64,000 bases of DNA from Candidatus Giovannonibacteria bacterium RIFCSPLOWO2_02_FULL_45_28. Lineage in GTDB: Bacteria > Patescibacteriota > Minisyncoccia > UBA11713 > 2-01-FULL-45-33. The notes beneath the pieces are model-generated. The model was not told the origin of the DNA and searched no databases. It was given only the letters and a program-made list of their open reading frames with translations. Positions 55,079 through 64,000 of the stretch are shown piece after piece. Position 1 is the stretch's first letter. Each line of letters begins with the position of its first letter. The DNA lies in NCBI GenBank assembly GCA_001780725.1, contig MFIM01000001.1, positions 83,642 through 147,641 on the forward strand, read 5' to 3'. The translations under genes were made by a program, and so were the position numbers.

Positions 55079-55111
55079 AAAAAAACAGGGGGCATCCGTC
55101 CGGATGCCCCC
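55079..55111 (-). terminator. Rho-independent terminator (GGGGGCATCCG-TC-CGGATGCCCCC plus U-run on minus strand)
   Basis: 11-bp perfect stem downstream of the 55149-55625 gene. Confidence 0.65.
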
Positions 55112-55148
55112 AAATATCTAAAACCGAGCTTTGAACGTGCCGAGAGAG

Positions 55149-55625
55149 CTAGTTGCCCAAGCTCTCCTCGCGAATAGCGCTCTCCTCGTAACGAACATGC
55201 GCCCATGGTTCTTGTGCCGGGACTTCCGGTTTTAATTCTGGCAGCTTGGGTGGAGAAGTCGGTTGCTGCGAAAAAAGGCTCCGGCAGCCGCCAAACCAAA
55301 TCGTAATCAAACACTCCAGCGCATTTGCAATTGGCTTGAAATCGATCGGCACGTTAATTTGCGGTGAATTGCCACCGCCGGAACTCGGAGATGGCGCGTA
55401 GTAGTACCCGCCACCGCCGAAGTTGTTATTCTGTGGCGTAGACCACTGTTTGCTCTGCAAAAAGCTTGAGCCCGTTGAGCAGTTCCCCTTTTCGTTGCAA
55501 TACCTAGTTTCCTGGCGCGACTCTTGCTTGCTCGTATATCGCCGCGCCTCTACCAGCTGCGGATCCGCCGCAAACGGAATCTGCCATAAAAGCCAAAAAA
55601 TGCCGAAAATAAGCCACTTTTTCAT
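55149..55625 (-). CDS. Secreted hypothetical protein (158 aa) with signal peptide, Gly/Ser/Pro-rich
   Basis: MKKWLIFGIFWLLWQIPFAA signal sequence. Has a downstream terminator. Confidence 0.5.
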   Translation of the reverse strand: MKKWLIFGIFWLLWQIPFAADPQLVEARRYTSKQESRQETRYCNEKGNCSTGSSFLQSKQWSTPQNNNFGGGGYYYAPSPSSGGGNSPQINVPIDFKPIANALECLITIWFGGCRSLFSQQPTSPPKLPELKPEVPAQEPWAHVRYEESAIREESLGN

Positions 55626-55749
55626 GATTCTACCCTTCCTTTCTGCCTTAATTATACTCCTTTGTTGGAAAAAGTCAAGTTTTTAAGTGAGGTTAAAGGT
55701 TATCCACAATTGCACATATTTCCGTCCGCGTGCTAGGAATATATACATC

Positions 55750-56802
55750 ATGACCGAGCAAATGCAGAAATTTAAAGCAATTGTAGAAACTTCCGACACA
55801 ATCGCAATAAGAATTGGCGAGACCAACGATATCTCCAAAATTTTAGCCGGAACACTCCTTCACCAGGCTTTTCTAAAATTAAATAAGCGGGTAAGCATTG
55901 ATACCCAAGACGCAGAAACCGCTTCGGCCTTTTTTGAGACGCCACTCAAGAGCTTCGGCAAAGAAGAAAATATTCTAATCAAGTTTGACACCGAAAAATT
56001 GCCTGTTTCGGAACTGCGATACGAAAAAGACGGAAAGTTTATGAAAATTATCTTGAAAAGCGGCAATGGGGACGGCGACCGCGCTCCTGATTTGAGCGAG
56101 ATTGTTTTAGAAAAAGAGGCTTTGCCTGTTGACCTTTTAATGCTTATAGACACGCCGGAGACGGAAATTGAAAACGCGCTGAAAGAAAATCCGCACAAAG
56201 AGGTGGTTAAGCTCGGCACGAAAGATAAGGCGCTGTCTTTAAAAGTTGAAGAAATTTTCAATGCGTTTTTTGAGGAAACTCCGCAAGATGTAAAAGAGGC
56301 GCTTTGGTTTTTTATAAAATACGAAAAAAGGATGGATTGGGACATCGGCGGCGGCTTGCGGGAAGAAAAAATATTACGCGCAAAAGAGGCTCTTTTTGGC
56401 CCGAGTTTTTGGAGGCTTCTGGGAAGAGCTCTCGCGCGAAGCCATTTTGAAAAAGAGATTCAGACGCTTTGGGCATTTTTGCCAAAATCGGATTTTTCCG
56501 CCGCAGGCGGACCTGCCTTCGGCGGGGAAAATGTTGATGCGCAAAAAAACAAAAACTCGGTATTAAAAATACTAAACGAGTTGCGGGCGCTCCGCCCAGA
56601 AAGCAGGCTTTTTGCGCTTTTGTGGGAAGATGCGCCAAAATCCATAAGCGCCGTTATTGCCAGCAGGGATTCCACCATGCTTAAGAATCTAGCTGTTTCT
56701 ATGTCGAGCGTTCCGGCGTCTTCTTATTTCATTGCCAACGGATTTTCCGCGTTTTCGGAAGCGGAAATTAAAATACGCGGCCTGATCCGTCGAGTTCTTT
56801 AA
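55750..56802 (+). CDS. Hypothetical protein (~350 aa)
   Basis: Probable start MTEQMQKF. No confident family assignment. Confidence 0.4.
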   Translation: MTEQMQKFKAIVETSDTIAIRIGETNDISKILAGTLLHQAFLKLNKRVSIDTQDAETASAFFETPLKSFGKEENILIKFDTEKLPVSELRYEKDGKFMKIILKSGNGDGDRAPDLSEIVLEKEALPVDLLMLIDTPETEIENALKENPHKEVVKLGTKDKALSLKVEEIFNAFFEETPQDVKEALWFFIKYEKRMDWDIGGGLREEKILRAKEALFGPSFWRLLGRALARSHFEKEIQTLWAFLPKSDFSAAGGPAFGGENVDAQKNKNSVLKILNELRALRPESRLFALLWEDAPKSISAVIASRDSTMLKNLAVSMSSVPASSYFIANGFSAFSEAEIKIRGLIRRVL

Positions 56803-56820
56803 CAATGTTATAATAAATTC

Positions 56821-58470
56821 ATGGACGACACTCTTTCAGAGCTTAGGAAAAAGGAGGAGGAGGACTTGGCGCGCGTGCTTGCCACGCGCCACGGCATTCC
56901 GTATTTGGATCTCTCGCGCATTACTATAGATCTGGACGCGCTGAAACTGATACCGGAAAATGACGCGCGAGCCAACGGAATCGCGGTTATCCAAGGCATC
57001 GGCAAAAAACTGCAAATAGTCGTGACAAATCCAGAGCGTCCGGGTGTAAAAGAAATTTTAGACAGCCTCCAGAGAAAAAAATATGAAATCCAGCTTTTTA
57101 TGGTTTCGCCTTCGGGCACAGAAAGGGTCTTTTTGAAATACAAAGAAATTCCAAGGTTTGAGGAGATAAAGGCGGGAATTGTTGATGTCTCCCCGGAAAA
57201 ATTAAGCGCCCTTGAAACGTCCGCCGGTTCTTTCAAAAAATTCAAAGAGGCTCTTGTGGCAATGTCGCGCGAAAAAGAATCAAAAAAGGCTTCGGATGCG
57301 CTTGAGCTCATATTGGCTGGCGCGTTGGGCGCGGAGGCATCGGATATTCACATGGAACCCGCGGAAACGGAAACGAAAATCAGGCTAAGAATAGACGGCG
57401 TACTGCAAAACGTGACAGACATACCAATGCAATTGTTCCAACTTCTGCTCGCGCGCATTAAGCTGATTTCGGAATTGAAATTAAATGTGCACGACAAAGC
57501 CCAAGACGGCAGATTTACCATAAAAACGGAGAAGGAAAACACAGAAGTCAGGACTTCCGTGCTTCCGGGCCCATTCGGAGAATCCATAGTTTTGAGATTG
57601 CTTTTGCCAAAAACCATAAATATTACTTTTGATAAGTTGGGTATGCAGCCTCCGGTTTATAAAATAATGCAAAATGAACTCAAAAAACCCAATGGCATGA
57701 TTTTGACAACCGGCCCAACCGGCTCAGGAAAAACCACGACGCTCTACGCTTTTTTAAAAACCGTTTCTTCTCCGGAAGTTAAAGTAATCACCATTGAAGA
57801 TCCGATTGAATACCATCTGCCGCACATTACTCAAACGCAGATTGATCCGCCCAAAGGATATGATTTTTCAAACGGCCTCCGGTCAATCTTGCGCCAAGAC
57901 CCGGACATAATATTGGTCGGGGAAATCAGGGACCTTGAAACTGCGGGAATCGCAATGCACGCCGCGCTTACGGGGCATCTTGTCTTTTCCACGCTTCATA
58001 CCAACGATGCCGCCGGCACAATCCCGCGGCTTATAGATTTAGGGGTTAAGACCAACATTATATCGCCGGCGCTCAATGTGGTAATAGCGCAAAGACTGGT
58101 AAGGCTTCTTTGTAAAGAATGTAAAAGGGAAGTTAAGCCGAACGACCAGGAAAAGAAAATGATTGAGAAAGAAATAAAAAATCTGCCGCAAACCTATAAA
58201 AAACCGCCGCTTAAAGATTTCAAAATTTGGGAAGCAATCGGCTGCGAAGCGTGTAATATGACCGGATTTAGGGGGAGAATCGGCATTTTTGAAGCATTTT
58301 TGATTGATAACGAAATGGAGCGCATGATTATTAAAAATCCCCCGAAAGCCGATATAGAGGAGGCAGCCGGCCACCAAGGCATGGCTACAATGTATCAAGA
58401 CGGTGTTTTGAAAGTTTTGGCTGGAGCGACGTCCTTTGAAGAATTAAATAGAGTAGTAGCATCCCGCTAA
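56821..58470 (+). CDS. pilB: Type II/IV secretion system ATPase (PilB/GspE family)
   Basis: 549 aa. N-terminal GSPII_E_N-like domain. Walker A GPTGSGKTTT. Asp/His boxes. CxxC...CxxC tetracysteine (CKECK...CEAC). Confidence 0.85.
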   Translation: MDDTLSELRKKEEEDLARVLATRHGIPYLDLSRITIDLDALKLIPENDARANGIAVIQGIGKKLQIVVTNPERPGVKEILDSLQRKKYEIQLFMVSPSGTERVFLKYKEIPRFEEIKAGIVDVSPEKLSALETSAGSFKKFKEALVAMSREKESKKASDALELILAGALGAEASDIHMEPAETETKIRLRIDGVLQNVTDIPMQLFQLLLARIKLISELKLNVHDKAQDGRFTIKTEKENTEVRTSVLPGPFGESIVLRLLLPKTINITFDKLGMQPPVYKIMQNELKKPNGMILTTGPTGSGKTTTLYAFLKTVSSPEVKVITIEDPIEYHLPHITQTQIDPPKGYDFSNGLRSILRQDPDIILVGEIRDLETAGIAMHAALTGHLVFSTLHTNDAAGTIPRLIDLGVKTNIISPALNVVIAQRLVRLLCKECKREVKPNDQEKKMIEKEIKNLPQTYKKPPLKDFKIWEAIGCEACNMTGFRGRIGIFEAFLIDNEMERMIIKNPPKADIEEAAGHQGMATMYQDGVLKVLAGATSFEELNRVVASR

Positions 58471-58680
58471 GCGGGATGAATCGAGAGAATAGTCTCTAGG
58501 CAATTGCTCTTCCATGGGTAGATAGAGCTTAGATTTTCTCCGAGGAATGAACTCGCCTCGATATAAACCTGAGCCAATCCATCCTAAGTCTAAGAGACAA
58601 ATCCGCTATCCCGATTGTGGGGATAATTGCCTAGAGGCTATTCTTCCGATCTTGTCTTATTATATCAAATAAAAAAACTT

Positions 58681-59712
58681 ATGTCAAGTCCAGAACAGGA
58701 CCAATCCTTAAGAGGTAAAAAAAGAAGCGAAGATATGTCGCTGGATTTGGCATTGCGCCCGAAATCGTTTGACGAATATGTGGGTCAGGAAAAAGTCAAA
58801 AATAACCTTAAAATCCTTATTGAGGCCGCCAAAAGAAGAAAAGAACCTCTGGAACACCTGCTTTTTTACGGGCCGGCCGGGTTGGGTAAAACCACGCTCG
58901 CGCATCTTGTGGCCAGAGAAACGGCGAGCCAAATTAAAATCACTTCCGGGCCGGCGATAGAAAAAGTCGGGGACCTGGCTTCCATTTTGACCAACCTCTC
59001 GCCAAAAGATATTTTGTTCATAGATGAGGCGCACCGCTTGAACAAACTAATAGAGGAAATTTTATATCCTGCGATGGAAAATCGGTCCTTGGATATTATA
59101 ATAGGAAAAGGCCCGTCTGCCCGCACCATCCAACTGGAACTCCCGCCGTTCACTTTGGTTGCGGCAACCACCAGGATCGCGCTTCTTTCTTCGCCGCTCC
59201 GCTCCCGCTTTTCGGGGGGATCTTTTAGATTGGACTTTTATAATCAAGACGATATTGAGCGCATCATAAAACGGAGCGCCGGCATTTTACATACCAAAAT
59301 TGAACCGGGAGCAATCCCGCTGATCGCTTCCCGTTCCAGGTTTACCCCGCGGATAGCAAACCGCCTTTTGAAACGCGCGCGCGACTACTCCGAAGTAAAA
59401 GGCCAGGGAATCATTACCTCGGCCCTCGCCGAAGAAGCTCTGAAACTTTTAGAAATAGACAAGTTGGGGCTTGAATCATTGGACAGAAAAATTTTAGATA
59501 CCATTATTCAAAAATTCGCTGGCGGACCGGTTGGTCTCGGCACGGTCGCCGCTTCCGTTATGGAAGAGGAGGACACAATTGAAGAAGTATATGAACCTTA
59601 TTTAATGCAGCTCGGCTTTTTAGAGCGCACCCCCCGCGGGCGCTGCGCCACCGCAAGGGCATACGAACATCTAGGGCTTAATCCGCCGCAGAATCAGCGA
59701 AAGCTAATTTAG
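58681..59712 (+). CDS. ruvB: Holliday junction ATP-dependent DNA helicase RuvB
   Basis: [15 protein letters not shown]... [11 protein letters not shown] Walker A. The ORF call starts 18 codons upstream; preferred start is 58681. Confidence 0.9.
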   Translation: MSSPEQDQSLRGKKRSEDMSLDLALRPKSFDEYVGQEKVKNNLKILIEAAKRRKEPLEHLLFYGPAGLGKTTLAHLVARETASQIKITSGPAIEKVGDLASILTNLSPKDILFIDEAHRLNKLIEEILYPAMENRSLDIIIGKGPSARTIQLELPPFTLVAATTRIALLSSPLRSRFSGGSFRLDFYNQDDIERIIKRSAGILHTKIEPGAIPLIASRSRFTPRIANRLLKRARDYSEVKGQGIITSALAEEALKLLEIDKLGLESLDRKILDTIIQKFAGGPVGLGTVAASVMEEEDTIEEVYEPYLMQLGFLERTPRGRCATARAYEHLGLNPPQNQRKLI

Positions 59713-59752
59713 TGCGGTTGATTTAACCGTTGCGCCGTGTTAAATTAAATAT

Positions 59753-60025
59753 ATGAACACTATTACTGCTCCGCGCGCGATCAAAAAAGGAGAGGAATTT
59801 GTTATCATACCACGCAAAGAATACGAGGAATTTTTACGTGCGCACAAAATGAACGGAAAGAAATATGAAAACATAGTTGTAAAACATACAATAAAAGTGC
59901 CGAAAAGGCATAAGAAATTTTATGAAGAATTGGATAAGGAACTAACCGAATCTCTAAGAGAATATTACGCAGGAAAATCATATGGACCATTCGATTCTAT
60001 TAATAAATTAAAAATGGCCGCTTAG
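59753..60025 (+). CDS. Hypothetical basic protein (90 aa)
   Basis: ORF with no recognised motif. Confidence 0.3.
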   Translation: MNTITAPRAIKKGEEFVIIPRKEYEEFLRAHKMNGKKYENIVVKHTIKVPKRHKKFYEELDKELTESLREYYAGKSYGPFDSINKLKMAA

Positions 60026-60099
60026 ACGTCGGACGTCTAAGTGGCCGAAAAACGATAACCAGCTTTGTGCCGTTGCTTACAACTTGCGGCGCCCCGGCT

Positions 60100-60381
60100 T
60101 CAGTCGTCAAAGGTGCACTGATCGTCCGGGCCATTTTTCAGACGAACCGGATTGTGGATACTCCAGCCGAGGAAGTAGACCGGAAAGACGATGGTTCCTG
60201 ACAAAAGGATGCTCCAAATGACGTTCCCCGCCGAAACCTCGTAGCAAACGTTCTTGCTCTTGCTTGAGCTTTCGTTAAAAAGCCCATAAGTTGGGTAGTA
60301 CGTCTGCCCGATATACTGCGGCTTGCCACAACCTACAAGCAGGACACCCAACACAATAATCAGCGCTATTGATTTCCTCAT
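60100..60381 (-). CDS. Lipoprotein (93 aa)
   Basis: Lipobox LLVGC after an N-terminal hydrophobic segment. Confidence 0.45.
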   Translation of the reverse strand: MRKSIALIIVLGVLLVGCGKPQYIGQTYYPTYGLFNESSSKSKNVCYEVSAGNVIWSILLSGTIVFPVYFLGWSIHNPVRLKNGPDDQCTFDD

Positions 60382-60680
60382 TTTACCCCACTTTGTTCGC
60401 TATTTCTGGTTTCTATTATACTCCTCCTATAAAAATTGTCAAGGGCGATGGCGAGCGCGTGAACTGCTATCATAAACTCATGAGTTTCGTTTTGGCGCTG
60501 GTTTTGTATGTCCTCTTTTTGGCGGTTTATTGGTTTTTTGTGCTGTCAATTTTGTGGCACGTCAAGGAATATTCTATGCCGCAAGATTCCTCAAAATGGA
60601 TTATTTTGGCTTTTATTGGCGTAATCATCTTTTTAAATATTACTTCGCTGGCATTATTTTTTAGCCTTCCTCTGCCGTGA
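60369..60680 (+). CDS. Small membrane protein (103 aa)
   Basis: Three predicted TM helices. Confidence 0.35.
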   Translation: MISSFYPTLFAISGFYYTPPIKIVKGDGERVNCYHKLMSFVLALVLYVLFLAVYWFFVLSILWHVKEYSMPQDSSKWIILAFIGVIIFLNITSLALFFSLPLP

Positions 60681-61180
60681 TCCACCTGTCCCAAAACGAG
60701 AAAATCCTGATGGTTTTGCACCGGCATTGGATAGCCATCGTCTGGAAATTTTTACTTGGCATTATTCTCTTGGTTTTACCGATTCTGGTTGCGCCCTATT
60801 TCCCAGCGGCCGAATCCGCAACCGGAGTTTCTCAAATAATGTTTTGGTTTTTTATTTTAATTTACCTGATGATAGTAGTAGTTATAATTTTTCTTTTTTG
60901 GATAGATTATTATTTGGATATTTGGATTATCACATCCGAAAGAATTGTTGATGTGGAGCAGAGGGGGCTGTTTAACAGAGAGGTTTCGGAGTTTATGCTA
61001 GACAAGGTTCAAGATATAACATTAGAAGTGCCGAACATGATGGCGACATTTTTAAGATACGGGAATCTTAAAATTCAAACTGCCGGAGAAAGGGAATTTT
61101 CTATAATGCAAATCCCGAATCTCTACGAAGCAAAAAATCTGATAATGGATTACGCCAAAAAACAAAATGTCGGGGCATAA
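60677..61180 (+). CDS. Membrane-flanked bacterial PH-domain (YdbS/YdbT-like) protein
   Basis: 167 aa. Two N-terminal TM helices followed by a soluble domain. ATGA overlap with the previous ORF. Confidence 0.45.
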   Translation: MIHLSQNEKILMVLHRHWIAIVWKFLLGIILLVLPILVAPYFPAAESATGVSQIMFWFFILIYLMIVVVIIFLFWIDYYLDIWIITSERIVDVEQRGLFNREVSEFMLDKVQDITLEVPNMMATFLRYGNLKIQTAGEREFSIMQIPNLYEAKNLIMDYAKKQNVGA

Positions 61181-61706
61181 TAAGTGGGCGCAAATAAAAT
61201 ATAAAAAGGGCGCGACTGACGCCAAGCGCGGCAAAATTTTTTCCAAGCTTTCGCGTGTTATCACTCTGGCCACCAAAGAATTGGGGACCGACCCAAAGAT
61301 AAATTCAAAATTGGCCACGGCAACGGAAGAGGCAAAAAAAGCCAATATGCCAGCTGACAACATTGAACGCGCAATAAAAAAAGCGTCCGCTAAAGAAAGC
61401 GCGGAGTTAAAAGAAGTTGTCTACGAAGCTTACGGACCCGGCGGGTCTGCTTTGGTTATAACCGCAGTGACCGACAATTCCAACCGAACAACAAATGAAA
61501 TCAAGCATCTTCTTTCCGAACACGGCGCAAAACTCGGCGAGCAAGGTTCCGCAATGTGGGCATTTCAAAAATCCGGAAAAGACTTTGTCGCCAAATTTCC
61601 GACAACTCTTTCGGAAAACGACTCCAAAAAATTTGATGCGCTCCTCTCCGCGCTAGACGACCACGACGACGTGCAGGAGGTTTATTCTAACGCCGAAATA
61701 AAATGA
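61167..61706 (+). CDS. yebC: YebC/PmpR-family transcriptional regulator (short form)
   Basis: MSGHNKWAQIKYKKGATDAKRGKIFSKL N-terminus is diagnostic. Conserved adjacency to ruvC. Confidence 0.85.
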   Translation: MSGHNKWAQIKYKKGATDAKRGKIFSKLSRVITLATKELGTDPKINSKLATATEEAKKANMPADNIERAIKKASAKESAELKEVVYEAYGPGGSALVITAVTDNSNRTTNEIKHLLSEHGAKLGEQGSAMWAFQKSGKDFVAKFPTTLSENDSKKFDALLSALDDHDDVQEVYSNAEIK

Positions 61707-62179
61707 AAATCCTAGGAATTGATCCCGGTATAGAGCGTTTGGGATGGGGAATTGTTGAAAAAAACGGCAGTCAACTGGCAAGAATCCGCTCCGGAGTCAA
61801 AAAAACGTCTAAAAACCAGAAAGAGGATGAGAGGCTTTGGGAGATTTTTGTGTTTTTGGACAAATTAATAAAAAAGGAAAAGCCCAATGCGGTGTCCACC
61901 GAAAAATTATTCTTTGCAAAGAATGTTAAAACCGCCCTTGTCATCGGGGAGGTCCGTGGCATAATTCTAGCTATCGCCAGGAAACACCACCTCCCCATAA
62001 AAGAGTTTGCTCCTTTGGGAATGAAAATGGCCATCTGTGGATATGGCAGAGCAGACAAACGGGCTGTTGCTAATATGGTAAAATTAATGCTTAATTTGCC
62101 TCAAAAAGAGCTTTTGGATGACGAAACCGATGCTCTGGCCTTAGCCATAGCCGGAACATCTTATCCCTCTTTTCCATAA
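61703..62179 (+). CDS. ruvC: Crossover junction endodeoxyribonuclease RuvC
   Basis: 158 aa. MKILGIDPG...GWGIV RNase H-like start. Confidence 0.85.
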   Translation: MKILGIDPGIERLGWGIVEKNGSQLARIRSGVKKTSKNQKEDERLWEIFVFLDKLIKKEKPNAVSTEKLFFAKNVKTALVIGEVRGIILAIARKHHLPIKEFAPLGMKMAICGYGRADKRAVANMVKLMLNLPQKELLDDETDALALAIAGTSYPSFP

Positions 62180-62378
62180 CTTATCCACACCTTACATTTG
62201 CAAGCGAAAATAAACTCTTTTAGACTTTGAAATCATGGTTAATTTAGATGATAATAAAAAGCCCGATTCCGGGCTTGGCGACGACGACTCGGCCGCCAAA
62301 GACGATGCCGAGTCTGGCGCCGGCGAGGAAGATGAGGAAGACTCCGAAGATTTGGATTCTTGGGAGCTAGAGGAAGAT

Positions 62379-63557
62379 TTAGAAGAGTAAAATCTTAATA
62401 AATCTATATTTTCCGATTTTAGCCGTTCCGCTTTCTGTAATTTGGTCGCTGGCTTTTAATATTTTTCTGTTTTCAAAATCTACCCCTCCGCCCCCCATTA
62501 ATCTCTTCGCGTCAGATTTTGATTTTACAAAACTTTCCCTCACTAAAAAATCCGCCCACTCTTCGCCGGAACGGACGCGGCAAGTTTTTAAATTTTCTGG
62601 CACCTCTTTTTTAGAAAAAGTTTTTTCAAAATCTGTGGACGTTTTTTCAGCGGTTTTTTCTCCGTGATAAATTTTTACGATTTCGTATGCTAACCTTTTT
62701 TTAGCATCAAGCGGTTTTTGTTTTTGTATGTTGGCGATCTCTGGCAAAGAAAGTTTGGTGTAGACTTCTAAGTATCGGTTTATTAAACCGTCCGGAATGG
62801 TCATTATTTTTCCAAATTTATTTTCCGGAGTATCCAGTATCGCCACGAAATTTCCTAGTGATTTAGACATTTTTTCTTTGCCATCCAATCCCGGAGTAAT
62901 TGATGTGGCAAGAATCACTTGAGGTTCTTGCCCAAAAATTTCTTGATATCGCCTTCCCAAAAGTTCGTTGAACAGCTGGTCGGTGCCTATTATTGTCAAA
63001 TCCGATTTAGTCATTACAGAGTCATAAGCCTGCAAAACCGGATAAATTATTTCGTGTTCATAAATTTCCTCGTTGTTTTTAATTCTGCCTTGAAACATGT
63101 CGCGCTCTATAAGACGGGCGTGGGTAACTTTTCTAAGCAATGCGATAAAATCGGCAAGCTTCATTTTGTCGTACCACTCGGAATTTTTGCGCACTTCCAA
63201 AAGATTTGGTTTATTGATAAGAATTTTTGTGGCTTGTTTTAAAAACTGTTTTGAATTTTCTTTAATAGTCTCCGGCGAAATCTCCGGCCTGATTTTGGAT
63301 TTGCCTGTGGGATCGCCTATTTGGGTCGTTAAATCGCCGATTAAAAATACCACCTTATGCCCCAGCTCTTGAAATTCGCGCATTTTCCAGTAATTTACGG
63401 CGTGGCCTATATGTAAAAGTGGGTTGGTAACATCCACTCCGTGTTTAATGCGCAGTTGTCTTCCAGAGCGAAGCTTTTTCCAAAACTCCGCTTCAGTAAC
63501 AATTCGTTCCACATTCCGCCCTAAAGTTCTTTTGATTTGTTCTTCGTCAACTTTCAT
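62379..63557 (-). CDS. tyrS: Tyrosine--tRNA ligase
   Basis: 392 aa. HIGH (LLHIGHAV) and KMSKS motifs. LIGDLTTQIGDPTGKS class Ic signature. C-terminal S4-like region. Confidence 0.8.
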   Translation of the reverse strand: MKVDEEQIKRTLGRNVERIVTEAEFWKKLRSGRQLRIKHGVDVTNPLLHIGHAVNYWKMREFQELGHKVVFLIGDLTTQIGDPTGKSKIRPEISPETIKENSKQFLKQATKILINKPNLLEVRKNSEWYDKMKLADFIALLRKVTHARLIERDMFQGRIKNNEEIYEHEIIYPVLQAYDSVMTKSDLTIIGTDQLFNELLGRRYQEIFGQEPQVILATSITPGLDGKEKMSKSLGNFVAILDTPENKFGKIMTIPDGLINRYLEVYTKLSLPEIANIQKQKPLDAKKRLAYEIVKIYHGEKTAEKTSTDFEKTFSKKEVPENLKTCRVRSGEEWADFLVRESFVKSKSDAKRLMGGGGVDFENRKILKASDQITESGTAKIGKYRFIKILLF

Positions 63558-63603
63558 GATTAAACACTATCATAAATTTAAAAAATCCTCTATAATAAGC
63601 GGG

Positions 63604-64000
63604 ATGAGGCGGCTTTTGGTAAAAATTGCTCTTGCCGGGACGCTTTTTGCGGCGGCCTTGGTTTTTTTTGTTGCTTCCGTAAACGCCCCCGACCTGAATA
63701 ATTTTAATGAACGCAAGGTTGCGCAATCAACGAAAATTTACGACCGCACCGGACAAATTCTTCTTTACGATGTGCACGGGAACGAAAAACGAACAGTGGT
63801 GCCGTTCGCGGAAATACCAAGGTATGTAAAAAATGCGACAATCGCGCTTGAGGATGATAATTTTTACAGCCATTATGGTTTTCGGCCGATGTCTTTTTTA
63901 AGAGCGATTATTACAAACCTCTTAAAGAGAAGCTTTGAACAGGGCGGTTCCACTATTACCCAGCAGGTTGTAAAAAACACCCTGCTCACACCGGAAAAAA
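63604..64000 (+). CDS. Class A penicillin-binding protein (transglycosylase domain), 5' partial
   Basis: N-terminal anchor followed by the GT51 motifs EDDNFYSHYG and GGSTITQQ. Continues beyond the window. Confidence 0.8.
   Translation, partial: MRRLLVKIALAGTLFAAALVFFVASVNAPDLNNFNERKVAQSTKIYDRTGQILLYDVHGNEKRTVVPFAEIPRYVKNATIALEDDNFYSHYGFRPMSFLRAIITNLLKRSFEQGGSTITQQVVKNTLLTPEK

Noticed and set aside
55006-55314. 102-aa ORF across the GC-palindrome cluster (…PPQRGGYYIYPFLEKGLG)
   Set aside because: Translation of repetitive palindromic DNA overlapping a terminator. Not a plausible gene.
56312-56678. Minus-strand ORFs (108 aa, 72 aa) inside the 55750-56802 hypothetical gene
   Set aside because: Antisense to a longer ORF. 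Pro/Arg-rich low-complexity translations.
62235-62390. 51-codon highly acidic ORF (MVNLDDNKKPDSGLGDDDSAAKDDAESGAGEEDEEDSEDLDSWELEEDLEE) upstream of tyrS
   Set aside because: Below the size threshold and entirely low-complexity. Could be a real small acidic protein, but there is no supporting signal, so it is not listed as a feature.

Overview
A gene-dense window with the hallmarks of a reduced-genome, CPR/Patescibacteria-like bacterium. Its backbone is the str-S10-spc ribosomal supercluster on the minus strand (rpsL 29073 down to map 2604), in conserved order with ATGA-type gene overlaps. Ribosomal protein L30 is absent between S5 and L15, as reported for CPR. Two tRNAs (Pro-GGG, Arg-CCG) do not encode the 3' CCA.

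At least six insertions interrupt this normally uninterrupted cluster:
- a three-gene micro-peptide operon downstream of map;
- an FG-GAP-like protein plus a DUF433/DUF5615 toxin-antitoxin-like pair between rplO and rpsE;
- GC-rich palindromes at the rplD/rplW junction;
- a ~5.5 kb island between rplC and rplD, with an ArsR-MerA mercuric-reductase-like operon, Cys-rich membrane proteins, a CcdA/DsbD thiol-disulfide transporter and a thioredoxin-like protein, plus a DUF5678-like/retropepsin-like pair;
- a diversity-generating-retroelement (DGR) signature between tuf and fusA: an Avd homolog, a template repeat, and an adenine-specifically diversified variable repeat at the 3' end of a 220-aa target gene, with no reverse transcriptase in the window;
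- a RelE-type toxin-antitoxin pair plus a hypothetical protein between fusA and rpsG.
Three of these insertions are bounded by ~55-95 bp direct repeats that duplicate the 3' end of the adjacent housekeeping gene (map, rpsE, rplC), which looks like Campbell-type integration at gene 3' ends.

The rest of the window (29-64 kb) carries:
- Holliday-junction resolution genes ruvA, ruvB and ruvC (with yebC);
- uvrB, a holA-like gene and a MurE-like ligase;
- a PilB/GspE ATPase, tsaE, tyrS and the start of a class A PBP;
- a two-component locus with three paralogous NMT1-like binding proteins.
A small palindromic repeat family (core GAAGTCCGACTTC...GAAGTCGGACTTC) sits in frame inside murE-like, uvrB, holA-like and tsaE, adding KSDF-containing peptide segments, much like Rickettsia palindromic elements. 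No rRNA genes, CRISPR arrays, transposases or integrases were seen.
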